From an uncultured archaeon (GTDB taxonomy: Archaea > Thermoplasmatota > Penumbrarchaeia > JASLWR01), in assembly GCA_964430885.1 (NCBI GenBank), contig CAYSHM010000002.1:109009-173008 (forward strand): DNA of 64,000 bases, given 5' to 3'. Shown in pieces: positions 54,501 through 64,000 of the stretch. Numbering within the stretch: the stretch's first letter is position 1; each line of letters begins with the position of its first letter. The notes beneath the pieces are model-generated. The model saw only the letters and a program-made list of their open reading frames with translations, was not told the origin of the DNA and ran no database searches. The translations under genes and the position numbers were made by a program.

Positions 54501-55925
54501 TACAGCACCATAGGAATCCATCATTCCATATCCATAGTCCTCGTTGTATTTCTCATCTAAATTTGAATCGTAGGGATTACCCTTCATCTCGGAAGTGAGA
54601 TGTAAAATCTCCTTTATATGGGAAGGTTCCAAAGGAGGATATGCCTGCTCCATGAGTGCTACGTTACCAGCTACATGGGGTGTTGCCATGGAAGTACCTG
54701 AGAATGCGACATAGGCATTTCTCGTATTATAAGCGCATGAACGAATGTCAGATCCGGGGGCCGTGATGTCGGGTTTAAGCTCATCTTTATCATCACCATC
54801 CCCATCGCTGGGCCGGGGTCCGCTCTGGGAATAACCCGCAATACTGTCATCGCTCCTGTCGGCGGTGTTCTTCTCATGAATAGATCCCACTGTAATGACC
54901 TTGTCGGCAGATCCTGGAGATGAAACTATATTGGAATTTTGACTGAGGTCGTCATTTCCGATTGCCACAATAACAGTCACCCCCGCATCCACAACTTCAT
55001 TGGCCAATCTAGATACTGGATCCTGGCCGTTTGTTGAATGCTCGGTTCCCATGGAGATTGAAAGCACTGATATGTTGTATCTGTCGGCATTTGCCCTGAC
55101 CCATTCCAGGCCCTCCATGAAGTTGGTCGGTGTCGCACTGCCCAGGGTAGCAGCGTCTCCCACCCTGCAGTCTACCAGTGATGCTTCCGGTGCGATCCCG
55201 ATATTTTCTCCACCGCTTCCGGTCCCCATGATAATACCTGCGCAGTGTGTACCGTGCCCCACATCATCGTCGGGGTTTCTAGGTGTAACTCCCACAGCAG
55301 TTGTAGTATCTACCCCCGCTATGAACTTCAATCTGAGTCCCGTATGTACAACATCATCCACTCCCGAATCGATAATCGCAACATTCACCCCTTCTCCTTT
55401 CAGTCCCAGATCTTTCCATACCGTGGAATCATATATCTCGCTTTCCTTAACTCTAACCGCTCTAGCAGAATTGTCCAGCATGGGATGGAACGTTGGTGCG
55501 ATTTCTATACACTTCACATCCTGTAGCTTCAATACACAATCTATGATATTTTTATCAGCGTTCTCGATTATCAGGGTATTGATATACTGGGATACAAAAG
55601 AAGGGGATAAATCATATCTTTCGAGCTCCAGAAGATCAGAGTCATCGATGGTTTCATGGTAGTTAACAAAAATGTCGAATCTTGCATACGGGTTTTGATT
55701 GAGGATTTCATCGATTTGGTCCTCTATCCCATTTCCGTCCATATCAATGTTCCATTTTACCATGATGTTTTGAGATCCATCCAAATTATTATTTTTGGGA
55801 ATATTACTCATGAAGCTTATTTCGGCTATGGGCTTGGCCATTGAAAAAATTCCAATGACGTTGAGCAACAATAACGTACTGCAGAAGACGATAGTGATCT
55901 TTCTCAAATTCATATTAACTACCAA
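51597..55925 (-). CDS. Membrane-anchored S8 subtilisin-like protease with CARDB, PKD and Ig-like domains
   Basis: Triad IIDSG, GHGTHCAG, GTSMATPH; DLVI...DEIDELSENNN (CARDB); FFGDG (PKD); C-terminal TM and KKGKK. Confidence 0.92.
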   Translation of the reverse strand: MVVNMNLRKITIVFCSTLLLLNVIGIFSMAKPIAEISFMSNIPKNNNLDGSQNIMVKWNIDMDGNGIEDQIDEILNQNPYARFDIFVNYHETIDDSDLLELERYDLSPSFVSQYINTLIIENADKNIIDCVLKLQDVKCIEIAPTFHPMLDNSARAVRVKESEIYDSTVWKDLGLKGEGVNVAIIDSGVDDVVHTGLRLKFIAGVDTTTAVGVTPRNPDDDVGHGTHCAGIIMGTGSGGENIGIAPEASLVDCRVGDAATLGSATPTNFMEGLEWVRANADRYNISVLSISMGTEHSTNGQDPVSRLANEVVDAGVTVIVAIGNDDLSQNSNIVSSPGSADKVITVGSIHEKNTADRSDDSIAGYSQSGPRPSDGDGDDKDELKPDITAPGSDIRSCAYNTRNAYVAFSGTSMATPHVAGNVALMEQAYPPLEPSHIKEILHLTSEMKGNPYDSNLDEKYNEDYGYGMMDSYGAVRRAVDLSSFKLNMPQFVDSGTRIKVQPSLDLYRGAYFTSRDELSLVLEFPDFFSRPENITLTSSAGGQVELNSLDIERFPGLWRVSAEATLNSPEGEDIEVDPALKLFTTSPQVGDEQTFDFQLSGELNRIPLPTQEETISVGKSEQKPDLVITPEDITFSQSPVNAGETVVIYANISNRGLSDAFDARVDFYDGNPTSGILIGSGEVDVPAGARESTYVEWVATAGTIHNIYVAVDPDDEIDELSENNNSATKPIRVTGGVNAAPVARLASSPESLADIHEEVTFFGDESFDTDGSVTKWRFFFGDGNESGWINVDNVGHSYSIPGNFTASLIVQDNGGRNSTNNASMTISVRELEGGRLGFYILDEGNLTLDKPDISDYSTMPCPDGYTPYPIPSSPIGIVEYRTIGLWEIGYSLETVELVEKMDVEFWIENSLEDRGFDVQFRTTVSIDGTNLFQIESPEDYVEPSSPPMMIQLSSEIPITDLTFRSDIQLTLEIKVNGEGLNLVYGNIRYPSGIISKALPHENQLPEILELNNASGEAEEPVELTVKAVDSDGSVAEYWWDTDNDLDWDYLTQEGSLIHTFNVPDKYIINVGVADNDGGLTEGVLYADIYESGKSLIPLVYIDYPHPNTTLTENTFFFGGALDDNGIKEVRAQVDDQEWIPISDDELWEVEIDISVLGKGKHIFRAMAVDVDDQESEIAEIEFDIDIIINPPQITSISIEPRILEDKGGTVAIDIILNDPDGPDDIASVAVDLSSLGLGSMLCDRTGRWNYALIFNLPGGLTLGNQLITIIAIDRTGAKTLENSSIEIIKTNLAPKIDIRSTIKLVNIDNNNIWECIVKISDPDGWEDLEKITIDLSPMGGPKEKELRDDGKMGDKWEMDGKFTLKYPISDSIENGQYELTITAFDKKGNSAMDNITVRIMSNPKNNAEGESFIVNNPVFIYAGAGIFILLVLIGLIIKKGKK

Positions 55926-56197
55926 CGATTATTACTGGATTAATGATGGGACTAGTTCAATTAGTGATTTCATATATATGATCTAAAAATATGATCAAAA
56001 TTATTTTTGATGCAGAGTATCATAGGCTTTCTTGAAATAAAATCGTTTGTTCTGCTTTTTTTCTTTAATATTTTTTATTAGCTTTATTTGAAATTGTTAA
56101 TAATAGAGTTGGCCAGTATTTCATTTTTCATTATCTGAATTACTGGTCGAATGGTTTGTTGGTAGATTATTTATAACGATATATTGCATTCAATTTG

Positions 56198-57976
56198 TCA
56201 TTTGCTGAAAAACTTATTAATTCTCTCTTTTGTCCATGCATTGATCACCTGATCTGGCGTGGCCCTTCCTTTTCTGGCGGTACCTATCCCGAACCTTATT
56301 CCTTCCAGGTGATGAGGGCTGTGCCCATCACTGTTTATTGATAAAAGATTGCCCTTGTTCATTGCTTGGATCACATGGTCCATATTCAGATCCAGTCTGA
56401 CAGGGATGGAATTGATCTCCAAGGCAATATTATTGTTCATGGCGCTGTCCATGACGGTGTTCATGTCCATTGCACAGGGTTCCCGCTGTCCGATTTTTCG
56501 GCAGGTGGGATGTCCAAGAATATTGATATGGCCAGTAGACATGGCATCAGTCAATCTCTTTGTCATTTCATTGCTACTCATTTTAAAACCGGAGTGTACT
56601 GACCCCACAACATAATCCAATTCTTCAAGGACATGGTCAGGATAATCTAAAGATCCGTCCTTAAGTATGTCCACCTCGCTTCCTGCAAATATTTTAATGC
56701 CGTATTCATCGTGGTCCAATTCCCTGAGTCTTTCAATATTTTCCATTACCTTTATCTCATCTGGAGCATTAATCATCTTGAGGTTGGGGGAGTGGTCCGC
56801 AATACCGATATATTCATAATTCCTTCCCTTTGCATTGTCCACAACCTCCCTCCAAGACATGTGGCCATCACTCTCAGTGGAGTGTATATGAAGATCTCCT
56901 TTGATGTCCTGGATAGATATCAGCTCCGGTAGCTGTCCGGATTGTGCCAATTCGATCTCACCCCGGTCTTCCCTGGTTTCTGGGTAGGGGAATGAAAGTC
57001 CCAAGGCCTCATAGACCCCAATTTCATCATTCCCTGCTTTTTTTTCCTTCGATTTCCTGTCGTATACGCCGTACTCATTTATCTTCAATCCAATGGATAT
57101 AGCGATCTTCCTGACGGCGATATTGTGCTGCTGTGAACCTGTGAAATACTGGAGCGCCGCACCCCAGCACCCGCTATCAATAACCCGAAGGTCTACTTGG
57201 GTTCCGTCGTGGAACCTTACAGAAGATTTGGTTTTCCCCCGAGCTATAACATCTTTTACCAAGGTATAGGATGTGAATACCTCCATTATGCTGTCTACAA
57301 TCTCATTTTCCCGGTCCCCGTCCTCAAAATCTTGGTCATAATCGGTGCTCTTTCCGCCGTTTGATGGCGCCACTAGAATATCTATATCTCCGATTGTTTC
57401 GCACATTCTCCTAAGTGATCCTGCGATAGAGATATTCCTGATTTGGTCCGAGCAGTTGTTCTTCAGGTGATCTATATACTGCATTGCCTTCCCGTAGGCC
57501 TCCCCTAGGAGCATTCTGCCACCTGCCTGATAATAGGTCTCCAGCCCTTTTATGATATTGTTTTGGGAAACCTCTCCAAACCCGTCCAGTTCCTTTATTC
57601 GGTCGTTGAGGGCCGTTTCCTTAAGATCATCCAAGGTCCAGATCCCCAATTTCTTGTGAAGCTGCATGACCTTTTTTGGGCCTAGAGATGGTATGTCCAG
57701 CATTCTGATCAGGTCTGGGTGTATCTGGTCCTCCAGATCATCCAGATACCTGATGTGTCCGGTTTCGATATATTCCTCGATCTTCTTTGCGATAGCCTTG
57801 CCAATACCCTTCAGATTTTCCAATTCACCTTTATTCATTATCTCTCTAATATCAGAGGTCAATCCCTCAAGTGTAGAAGCTGCATTCCTGTAGGCTCTTA
57901 TCTTGAAAATGATCTCTCCTTTCAGTTCCAAGTAATCAGCGATTCGATATAATAAAACAGCAATGTCCTTGTTCAT
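56198..57976 (-). CDS. polX: DNA polymerase X with PHP exonuclease domain
   Basis: RAYRNAA, HhH GIGK/SLGPKK, GSLRR, GDIDIL, VDLR, YFTGS; PHP DLHIHS, DHS, HPT, SDGH. Confidence 0.95.
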   Translation of the reverse strand: MNKDIAVLLYRIADYLELKGEIIFKIRAYRNAASTLEGLTSDIREIMNKGELENLKGIGKAIAKKIEEYIETGHIRYLDDLEDQIHPDLIRMLDIPSLGPKKVMQLHKKLGIWTLDDLKETALNDRIKELDGFGEVSQNNIIKGLETYYQAGGRMLLGEAYGKAMQYIDHLKNNCSDQIRNISIAGSLRRMCETIGDIDILVAPSNGGKSTDYDQDFEDGDRENEIVDSIMEVFTSYTLVKDVIARGKTKSSVRFHDGTQVDLRVIDSGCWGAALQYFTGSQQHNIAVRKIAISIGLKINEYGVYDRKSKEKKAGNDEIGVYEALGLSFPYPETREDRGEIELAQSGQLPELISIQDIKGDLHIHSTESDGHMSWREVVDNAKGRNYEYIGIADHSPNLKMINAPDEIKVMENIERLRELDHDEYGIKIFAGSEVDILKDGSLDYPDHVLEELDYVVGSVHSGFKMSSNEMTKRLTDAMSTGHINILGHPTCRKIGQREPCAMDMNTVMDSAMNNNIALEINSIPVRLDLNMDHVIQAMNKGNLLSINSDGHSPHHLEGIRFGIGTARKGRATPDQVINAWTKERINKFFSK

Positions 57977-58018
57977 GGATTATCACACCTTCATGGCATA
58001 GGGGGGCCATGATATTGA

Positions 58019-58480
58019 TCATTCAACACCCATTTTTTTCCATTTTGACTTGGCTCTAACATACTCCGGTGCAGCAAAACCGTATCTGAAACGGTCCATC
58101 ATGCTGAATTTCCAGGGTTTCCTAGACATTTTGGAGGCTAAAGCCCTGATAAATTTCTTCGAACAACTAATATTATCAACATTCAGGTCCTCGATTTCCA
58201 GCATGTGTACAATGCCTGATGCGGTGGGAGCTTTATTGAAAACCTTGATCCGTATATCCGCAGGCTCATGAACCTGGAAAACATAAACATAAGCAAATTT
58301 GGGCATAGGTACAACAAAAACAACCTTGGAAAACTCCTTCTGGCTCTCTTCTCTGGTGAATTTATAGCCCAGCTCTTTCAAGGTAGTTCTCACGAGGTAG
58401 GACAGCTCGTCCACCTCCGGCCAAACGGCAGCGGAAAATTTTTCGGGATATCTCACTCCCTTATAGGTAAAATGTCCCAT
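58019..58480 (-). CDS. Hypothetical protein, basic
   Basis: 153-aa ORF co-oriented between neighbours; possible weak SD (GTGAG). Confidence 0.65.
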   Translation of the reverse strand: MGHFTYKGVRYPEKFSAAVWPEVDELSYLVRTTLKELGYKFTREESQKEFSKVVFVVPMPKFAYVYVFQVHEPADIRIKVFNKAPTASGIVHMLEIEDLNVDNISCSKKFIRALASKMSRKPWKFSMMDRFRYGFAAPEYVRAKSKWKKMGVE

Positions 58481-58551
58481 GATAAATCCATCTCACTTCT
58501 GATACGGTTTCCTCGCGAAGTTCAGAACCATTGGATAATATATTATACATT

Positions 58552-60756
58552 TCAGGAGAAACCGCAGTTCTTGCAGCTGTCCAGATCGAACATGCATTCT
58601 ATGTGGTATACCTTGCTGCAATCCGGACATTGGTTCCCTTCTTCTCCGATCTTCATCATCCTGCTGCAGTGAAAACAGATATTTGCTTTCTCAAGGGATG
58701 GAATGAACTGCCATTTCTTTTCTAGCCCGCTGACCGTCCCGTTCGGAATATCGTGATCACTCTCATCTATTTCCCATTCTCCATCATCGTCCGCAATGCT
58801 TGGCTCATCTGCTGGCGGGGAGTCTATCGGGATATTGAGGTTTGGTACCGGTGCGGAATATGAATCAGAAGCATCCTTAACTGAAACCCATCCGCTGTCC
58901 TCCCCTGTCAGTTTATCCTTTTTCTCAGTTCGTTCCAATTTCTCAACTTCAACCGATGAGAGGCATGAAGATGTGTCGGACCCGCAGTTTGGACATACGG
59001 GTATTTCACATTCCAAATGCAGAAGAGAATCGCATATCTTGCACATATATGCGTTCTTGCTGGCCATGAAATCCCTGTTGCAGACCTCGCATTTAACAGT
59101 ATTGTTAACGGTGATTCTTCTGCTGGGTTCCTTTTTAGGTTCGAGTCTTTTACCTGAAAGGGCCGTGTCAGGGGTTTCTCCGGAAGTATCGGCTTTGCCC
59201 CCTTTTGTCTTGTCATAAGGGCTGGAAGCTCTTTTTTTCATAATGACCATCAGCGCTACCATTATAATGATTATAACAGCAAAGACGATGGATAGAATTA
59301 TTATGGTAAGCACCCAATTTTTATCCTCTTCTTTTTTGTCCTGTTTACCCGAACCAGCACTTTCGACCTCTATCTTGGTGAACTTTTCATCAACAGTGCC
59401 GTCATTGTCCATGACAAGCAGTGTTATATTATGGGTCCCTCCACTGAGCTTAATCATGTCATTGAGGGATGTGGAGATTAATCCGTCAAGATCCGATACC
59501 CATCTGTAGCTTATTATATTGCCGTCATTATCACTGGACCCTAATGCCGATAGGTTGATCTCTCTGTCCGATGAATATGACCCTTCACCCGGACCCAATG
59601 GTCTAGGGTTCTTCAAAACGGCATTTGGGGGTTGATTGACATTATCAACCACGATTGTCCATCCTCTTACATAGGCCCTGGAACCTGACTTGACCAAGAC
59701 CTTCAAAGATCGTGAGCCCTGGTCCCTGAACTTGGGGGAATATGTGTAGTTCCACCCGTCCTCATTGGGGATTTCGTCTCCATCCATTTCCCAAGAATAA
59801 CTCACAACCACATCATCAATGTTCTCAACCTCCAGGGAGAAACTGAGTCCCTCACCCTCTGGAATATATACAACGCTGTCTGCGGGATGACTGGCAATTA
59901 TTAATATATCATCTGTAACGCTTCTAATATTGACTGTAACTTGTGCTGAAACCGAAGTACCTAGGTGATCCACGGCAGATATTTCCAGAGTTTCCATCCC
60001 ATAGTAGTTCTCCTCGGAGAAAAAGGTGACGAGTCCTGTGCTGTTGTCCATGAGGTAATGGACCATATCATTGTTCCTGATAACATAACCCAGCTCATCA
60101 CCGTCAGGATCAGAGAAATATTTGTGGAGGTCCAATCCCATATATGATGCACTCCCTCCCTCTTCCAAAACCTGGGTCGGGATCTTTCCCCCAACCACCT
60201 TATCAGTGACTTCAGGAATCTTATTGTAAAACACAGAGAGTCCTCTGAGGGTTAGGTTCCCGGCTGTGGTCGATGTGATATTGAGTGTTATCGGAGGGGT
60301 TTTTCCATTGCCGGTTTCCGGGATAAGTTCATTGTTCAGGGTGCTTATTATATCATTGCCTTCGATAGTGGTGTTTCCTACCAGTTGACCGGGATACTGC
60401 CATTCCACCTTTGAACTGCTGCCTATATTAAAGGTTATGTCAGATGGATAGGACCCATTGAGGGGGTGGCTGCTGATCTTCATTGAGAAATCATGTACCT
60501 TCTCTCCTTCATCCAGGGTCATGGTTATTTGGGTGTTGGTTCCGCCTCCCACAGGAAATTGAATAATCGCTTCAGGCGAATCATCGGAGAAAGTATCCAC
60601 ATCTGGACTTGCATATACTCCAGGTCCGAAGGTCCAGAAGCAAATTGTTAAAACGAATATCAGCAAGATACTCTTAATCTTGTTTGAGTTGAATTTACGG
60701 TTTGATTTCTCATTTTCTGAAAGCATTGAACACCCTCTCCTTGGATTGATAATCAC
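58552..60756 (-). CDS. Single-pass surface protein (Ig/cadherin/PKD-like ectodomain) with two cytoplasmic C4HC3 RING-like zinc fingers
   Basis: Signal peptide, YFSDPDGD, NQPP.A, SSDNDG..ISY.W, TM, then two C-x2-C-x12-C-x2-C-x4-H-x2-C-x4/6-C-x2-C motifs. Confidence 0.8.
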   Translation of the reverse strand: MIINPRRGCSMLSENEKSNRKFNSNKIKSILLIFVLTICFWTFGPGVYASPDVDTFSDDSPEAIIQFPVGGGTNTQITMTLDEGEKVHDFSMKISSHPLNGSYPSDITFNIGSSSKVEWQYPGQLVGNTTIEGNDIISTLNNELIPETGNGKTPPITLNITSTTAGNLTLRGLSVFYNKIPEVTDKVVGGKIPTQVLEEGGSASYMGLDLHKYFSDPDGDELGYVIRNNDMVHYLMDNSTGLVTFFSEENYYGMETLEISAVDHLGTSVSAQVTVNIRSVTDDILIIASHPADSVVYIPEGEGLSFSLEVENIDDVVVSYSWEMDGDEIPNEDGWNYTYSPKFRDQGSRSLKVLVKSGSRAYVRGWTIVVDNVNQPPNAVLKNPRPLGPGEGSYSSDREINLSALGSSDNDGNIISYRWVSDLDGLISTSLNDMIKLSGGTHNITLLVMDNDGTVDEKFTKIEVESAGSGKQDKKEEDKNWVLTIIILSIVFAVIIIIMVALMVIMKKRASSPYDKTKGGKADTSGETPDTALSGKRLEPKKEPSRRITVNNTVKCEVCNRDFMASKNAYMCKICDSLLHLECEIPVCPNCGSDTSSCLSSVEVEKLERTEKKDKLTGEDSGWVSVKDASDSYSAPVPNLNIPIDSPPADEPSIADDDGEWEIDESDHDIPNGTVSGLEKKWQFIPSLEKANICFHCSRMMKIGEEGNQCPDCSKVYHIECMFDLDSCKNCGFS

Positions 60757-60819
60757 GGTATAGATTAAATTCCATATTTAACATTTTGTGATAATTGGGA
60801 AAGGAATACTAGATACTGA

Positions 60820-63800
60820 TTACTCAAGGATCACAACATCCTTGGGATTCTCTTGCTTCTCTATGAAATCCAGATCCATCCCCATTTCTGATGCAATTTG
60901 CTTCACAGCACTGTCGCTGTTAACAATTCGTGCAATATTTTTGTGAGCCTCTTCAGTTCCGATTTTTCTAAGGGACTGTAATGATAGGGTCCGATCCTCA
61001 GGTTCAATAGATCTCTCAAGCATATTTGCCAACGCAGGGACCGTTCGAGGATCTTCGGTTCTTCCGAGATATTCAAGTGCCAATCTTCTGATCTTGATAG
61101 GGAGATCATACAATCTTTCGATGATCATTTGAACCGCATATCTGTCATTGAATAGAAGGAGCCTTTCGAAGGCTTCCCTGGCCTTTTTGGTTGAATGTTT
61201 TACCAGATCATTCACGATTTCAGTGGTGATGAATTGATTCACGCAGGTCCTCAAGGGCGATTTTCCAACTCTTATGAAAAGATGATCTTTCATTTTTCCT
61301 GCATTTGCCTGGCCTTTTTTCAAATTATAGAAATGGTATTCAACAAACAGAGATCTGCATATTGAAACGAATAGTTTCCAAGCGGTATTTCTTCTTAATA
61401 TCTTTTCATTATTTGATTCCAAGTGGTCAATTCCATGGAGTACTAATTCGGTTAATTCCATATCACTCATGTCGGCCAAAATAGTCAAGAATTCCATTAG
61501 GCTCCATTTTTCATCTATATTTTTAAATGGTCTATGAATCCATTTATCCATATCAAACCTGATTTCTTTTTTATTAAAATCCCTATCCAGACGATCCTGC
61601 TTGCCAGCGCTTTCAATTTTGACTTCTTTAGATTTTATTTCTGACCTTTCAGTAGTTATCCATTTTGGGTAATATTTATTATGGTTTGGACTCTCCTTCT
61701 TCACCTTCGGGATGTCCATAAGGTAGCGCGTTAAACCTGAGATCAATCTTATTGACAGGTAAAGATTGCCTTTTGAAGCATTTAGGATTTCTGTAAGGGA
61801 TTGTTCTTCATAACCCCTTCTGAGGCTCTCAAGTATATCGGAGATAGGGGAGAAGCTAATGATGGATGTTTCCCTGGTCCTCAGCTTCATGAATCCGGTC
61901 TTTCTCACGGTTTTTTCAAATTCAAAAAATCCGCTGGATTCTAGAAACTTTTTACATTGATCTCTTTTTACTTTGGATTTTTTTGATATGTAGTGAAGTG
62001 TAAGATCTTCTGCTCTTACGATGTCGGAAAGCCCAGTCTTTAGAACACTTTGGGCGAACAGAGTGTTGGTTGTGAGAAGCAGGACCTCGATCGGTTTTCT
62101 TTCGGAATCGTTTTCATTCACCTTCTGATTTGATCCTTCCTTCGGAATTTTATGATTATCCATTGGTTTCTTGCAAGGGGGACCCTTGAAGATCTCCTCA
62201 ATACCGGAGTAATAATTAATTTCATCAATTATTGGCGCCGCTACAATTTTCAATAGCTCGTGAGGTGCGCATTTATCAATAGGCAGAATTGTCGAAACCG
62301 TGACGGAGGAATTGCCCGGCGCAGCTTTAATACCCTGTATCCTGTAGCGGTATGGCCCGATGTTTTTATTATTGTTCAATAATTTGAAAGAGCCATTTGG
62401 GAAATATAGTTCAATATTTATCGGAACGGTTGAAGATGATGTATTCTTAACGGATATCTGGATATCTGTTCTACTTCCGCTTCCACCCATGAGCATCTTA
62501 TTTTTCAGTGCGAATACCAGTTCTTTTCCGAATGTGTAGTAATCCTTTCTATACTTGACATTCTCATAATAATTAAGAATGAAATTCTGTGTTCTGGACA
62601 CATTTCGTACCCAATTAAAATGCCATGTCTTATGGAATTTTTTGATATAACGGAAGAGATTCTGTCGGTGAAAGTCATTCAATATCTCGGTCGCCTTCTT
62701 TTGATCATTGGCTCGTTGATCTTTGACCATTTGGGATGCGATCTCATTTTCGGTCCATTTAATCAGGTGCTGTGTTATTAACGATAAATGCATCTCCAGG
62801 AGCGTACTGTAATATAATAATGAAAGTGCAGATGTTATGTCCATATTTCCTTCATTGAATTGTATCAGTATTTCGTCTATTTTGCTCTGGATAGCCTGAT
62901 AAGCGAGGCCTAAGAACATTAAGGTGTTGGCCCCTTTTTCCGGGTCCCAAATGGCACCGTCAGTATCTGAATGATCAAATGAAAGTATATTCGAATTGAG
63001 GCCTGTGTAAAGGAGAGGCGGTGTTTTTTCAAGGATTTCAGTCATTTCACCATCAAATTGATCCCCCTTGTTCCTATCTGCTTTCCTGAGAGCTTTTTTG
63101 AATCTTTTCAATATTCTACTGTTCTTGCTGTATGGTGAACCAGAAAAATCTTGAAGAAAGACAAGGTAATCCCTGCTTAAGAGGGTATTTTTCAGAGGTT
63201 TAGATACAAGTTCTTTCAGCATGTATAAAGGGGATCTTGACATTATCTGATACTTTTTTTTCAGCTTGTGGCCCTTTGCATTTTTCATCCGTTTTCTAAA
63301 TAGCTTAATTAAACCCTCCAGATGATAGGATGGGTCATATTCGTTCCAATACTGGTCTTTAAGATGAAATGCTTTGGATAGATCTTTGGATATGGTGTTT
63401 TTCTGAATTATATTTCTCAACATTCCACCAAGGGACCGCTGAATAATTTCCAGCTTGTTTCTTACATCATATAATACATTTCTAGTCAAACCCGTGCTGC
63501 TGCACCAATTTAGGAGTATTTGACCTTCAAACTCCTTCCGAATTCTTTTTTCCGAATCCTTAGTTATCAATGAATTCCTATAAAGAAAAAAATATCCGCC
63601 ATTTTCGAGATGAACGGTTTTATGATCCGCTATTGCATCTATTCTAGTGATTTTTTCATCTGGAAACAGGTATTTGTCAAAAGCTGCATTTCCATCTGCC
63701 TTATCATTATCTACTTGTTTTATTGAACCGTAATCTAATACATTCAGTTGTACAGGTATTTCGTGGTCCCGCTGTATTTGGGTGAAATAAGTCTGTCTGT

Positions 63801-64000
63801 AAGCTTTAAATGAGTGCTTTCTTCCTTTGACAAGAGGTGTTATCCGTATCTCAATGGGTCCTGAATCCGTGTTTTCAGGAATTAATAAGGAGCTTTGAAG
63901 TAAACCCCTGATTTTTCCCACCTCAGTTTCAAATCCTTTCCGATCCAGATCCAGGACTACTTTCCTCTGGTTTATTACTGTACTGTCTTTAATCAGTTCT
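60820..64000 (-). CDS. Large basic protein with C-terminal HEAT/PBS-lyase-like repeats; N-terminus beyond the window
   Basis: Frame stays open from 63921 to the edge (ELIKDSTVINQRKVVLDLDRKGFETE-VGKI); C-terminus IRRLALEYLGRTEDPRTVPAL...SLRKIG. Confidence 0.7.
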   Translation of the reverse strand, partial: ELIKDSTVINQRKVVLDLDRKGFETEVGKIRGLLQSSLLIPENTDSGPIEIRITPLVKGRKHSFKAYRQTYFTQIQRDHEIPVQLNVLDYGSIKQVDNDKADGNAAFDKYLFPDEKITRIDAIADHKTVHLENGGYFFLYRNSLITKDSEKRIRKEFEGQILLNWCSSTGLTRNVLYDVRNKLEIIQRSLGGMLRNIIQKNTISKDLSKAFHLKDQYWNEYDPSYHLEGLIKLFRKRMKNAKGHKLKKKYQIMSRSPLYMLKELVSKPLKNTLLSRDYLVFLQDFSGSPYSKNSRILKRFKKALRKADRNKGDQFDGEMTEILEKTPPLLYTGLNSNILSFDHSDTDGAIWDPEKGANTLMFLGLAYQAIQSKIDEILIQFNEGNMDITSALSLLYYSTLLEMHLSLITQHLIKWTENEIASQMVKDQRANDQKKATEILNDFHRQNLFRYIKKFHKTWHFNWVRNVSRTQNFILNYYENVKYRKDYYTFGKELVFALKNKMLMGGSGSRTDIQISVKNTSSSTVPINIELYFPNGSFKLLNNNKNIGPYRYRIQGIKAAPGNSSVTVSTILPIDKCAPHELLKIVAAPIIDEINYYSGIEEIFKGPPCKKPMDNHKIPKEGSNQKVNENDSERKPIEVLLLTTNTLFAQSVLKTGLSDIVRAEDLTLHYISKKSKVKRDQCKKFLESSGFFEFEKTVRKTGFMKLRTRETSIISFSPISDILESLRRGYEEQSLTEILNASKGNLYLSIRLISGLTRYLMDIPKVKKESPNHNKYYPKWITTERSEIKSKEVKIESAGKQDRLDRDFNKKEIRFDMDKWIHRPFKNIDEKWSLMEFLTILADMSDMELTELVLHGIDHLESNNEKILRRNTAWKLFVSICRSLFVEYHFYNLKKGQANAGKMKDHLFIRVGKSPLRTCVNQFITTEIVNDLVKHSTKKAREAFERLLLFNDRYAVQMIIERLYDLPIKIRRLALEYLGRTEDPRTVPALANMLERSIEPEDRTLSLQSLRKIGTEEAHKNIARIVNSDSAVKQIASEMGMDLDFIEKQENPKDVVILE

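Overview
Archaeal chromosomal window, most consistent with an anaerobic, peptide-fermenting Thermoplasmatota. Evidence: archaeal TpiA, CDC48, PAC2, DUF2240, two DUF835 proteins, and a 23S+5S rRNA locus with no adjacent 16S. It holds about 34 CDSs: glycerate and glutamate metabolism, a CDC48/PAC2/HEAT/PRC-barrel cluster, an acyl-CoA module (CoA-transferase-GNAT, ADP-forming ligase, Pta-N), MTA/SAH deaminase with AhcY, an ABC exporter with an HTH_10 regulator, QueD/QueC, large membrane-anchored surface proteins and proteases, and PolX. No CRISPR array, tRNA or mobile element was seen. Best leads: (i) a 78-nt UUCG-capped hairpin expansion at the tip of 23S helix 101, the eukaryotic ES41 position; (ii) a single-pass surface protein with two cytoplasmic C4HC3 RING/PHD-like fingers; (iii) a candidate proteasome-regulator cluster in which two HbYX-tailed proteins flank a HEAT/Q-N-rich/DUF835 protein; (iv) a structured region upstream of the MTA/SAH deaminase. 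All family calls come from motif recognition by eye; no database search or folding program was run.
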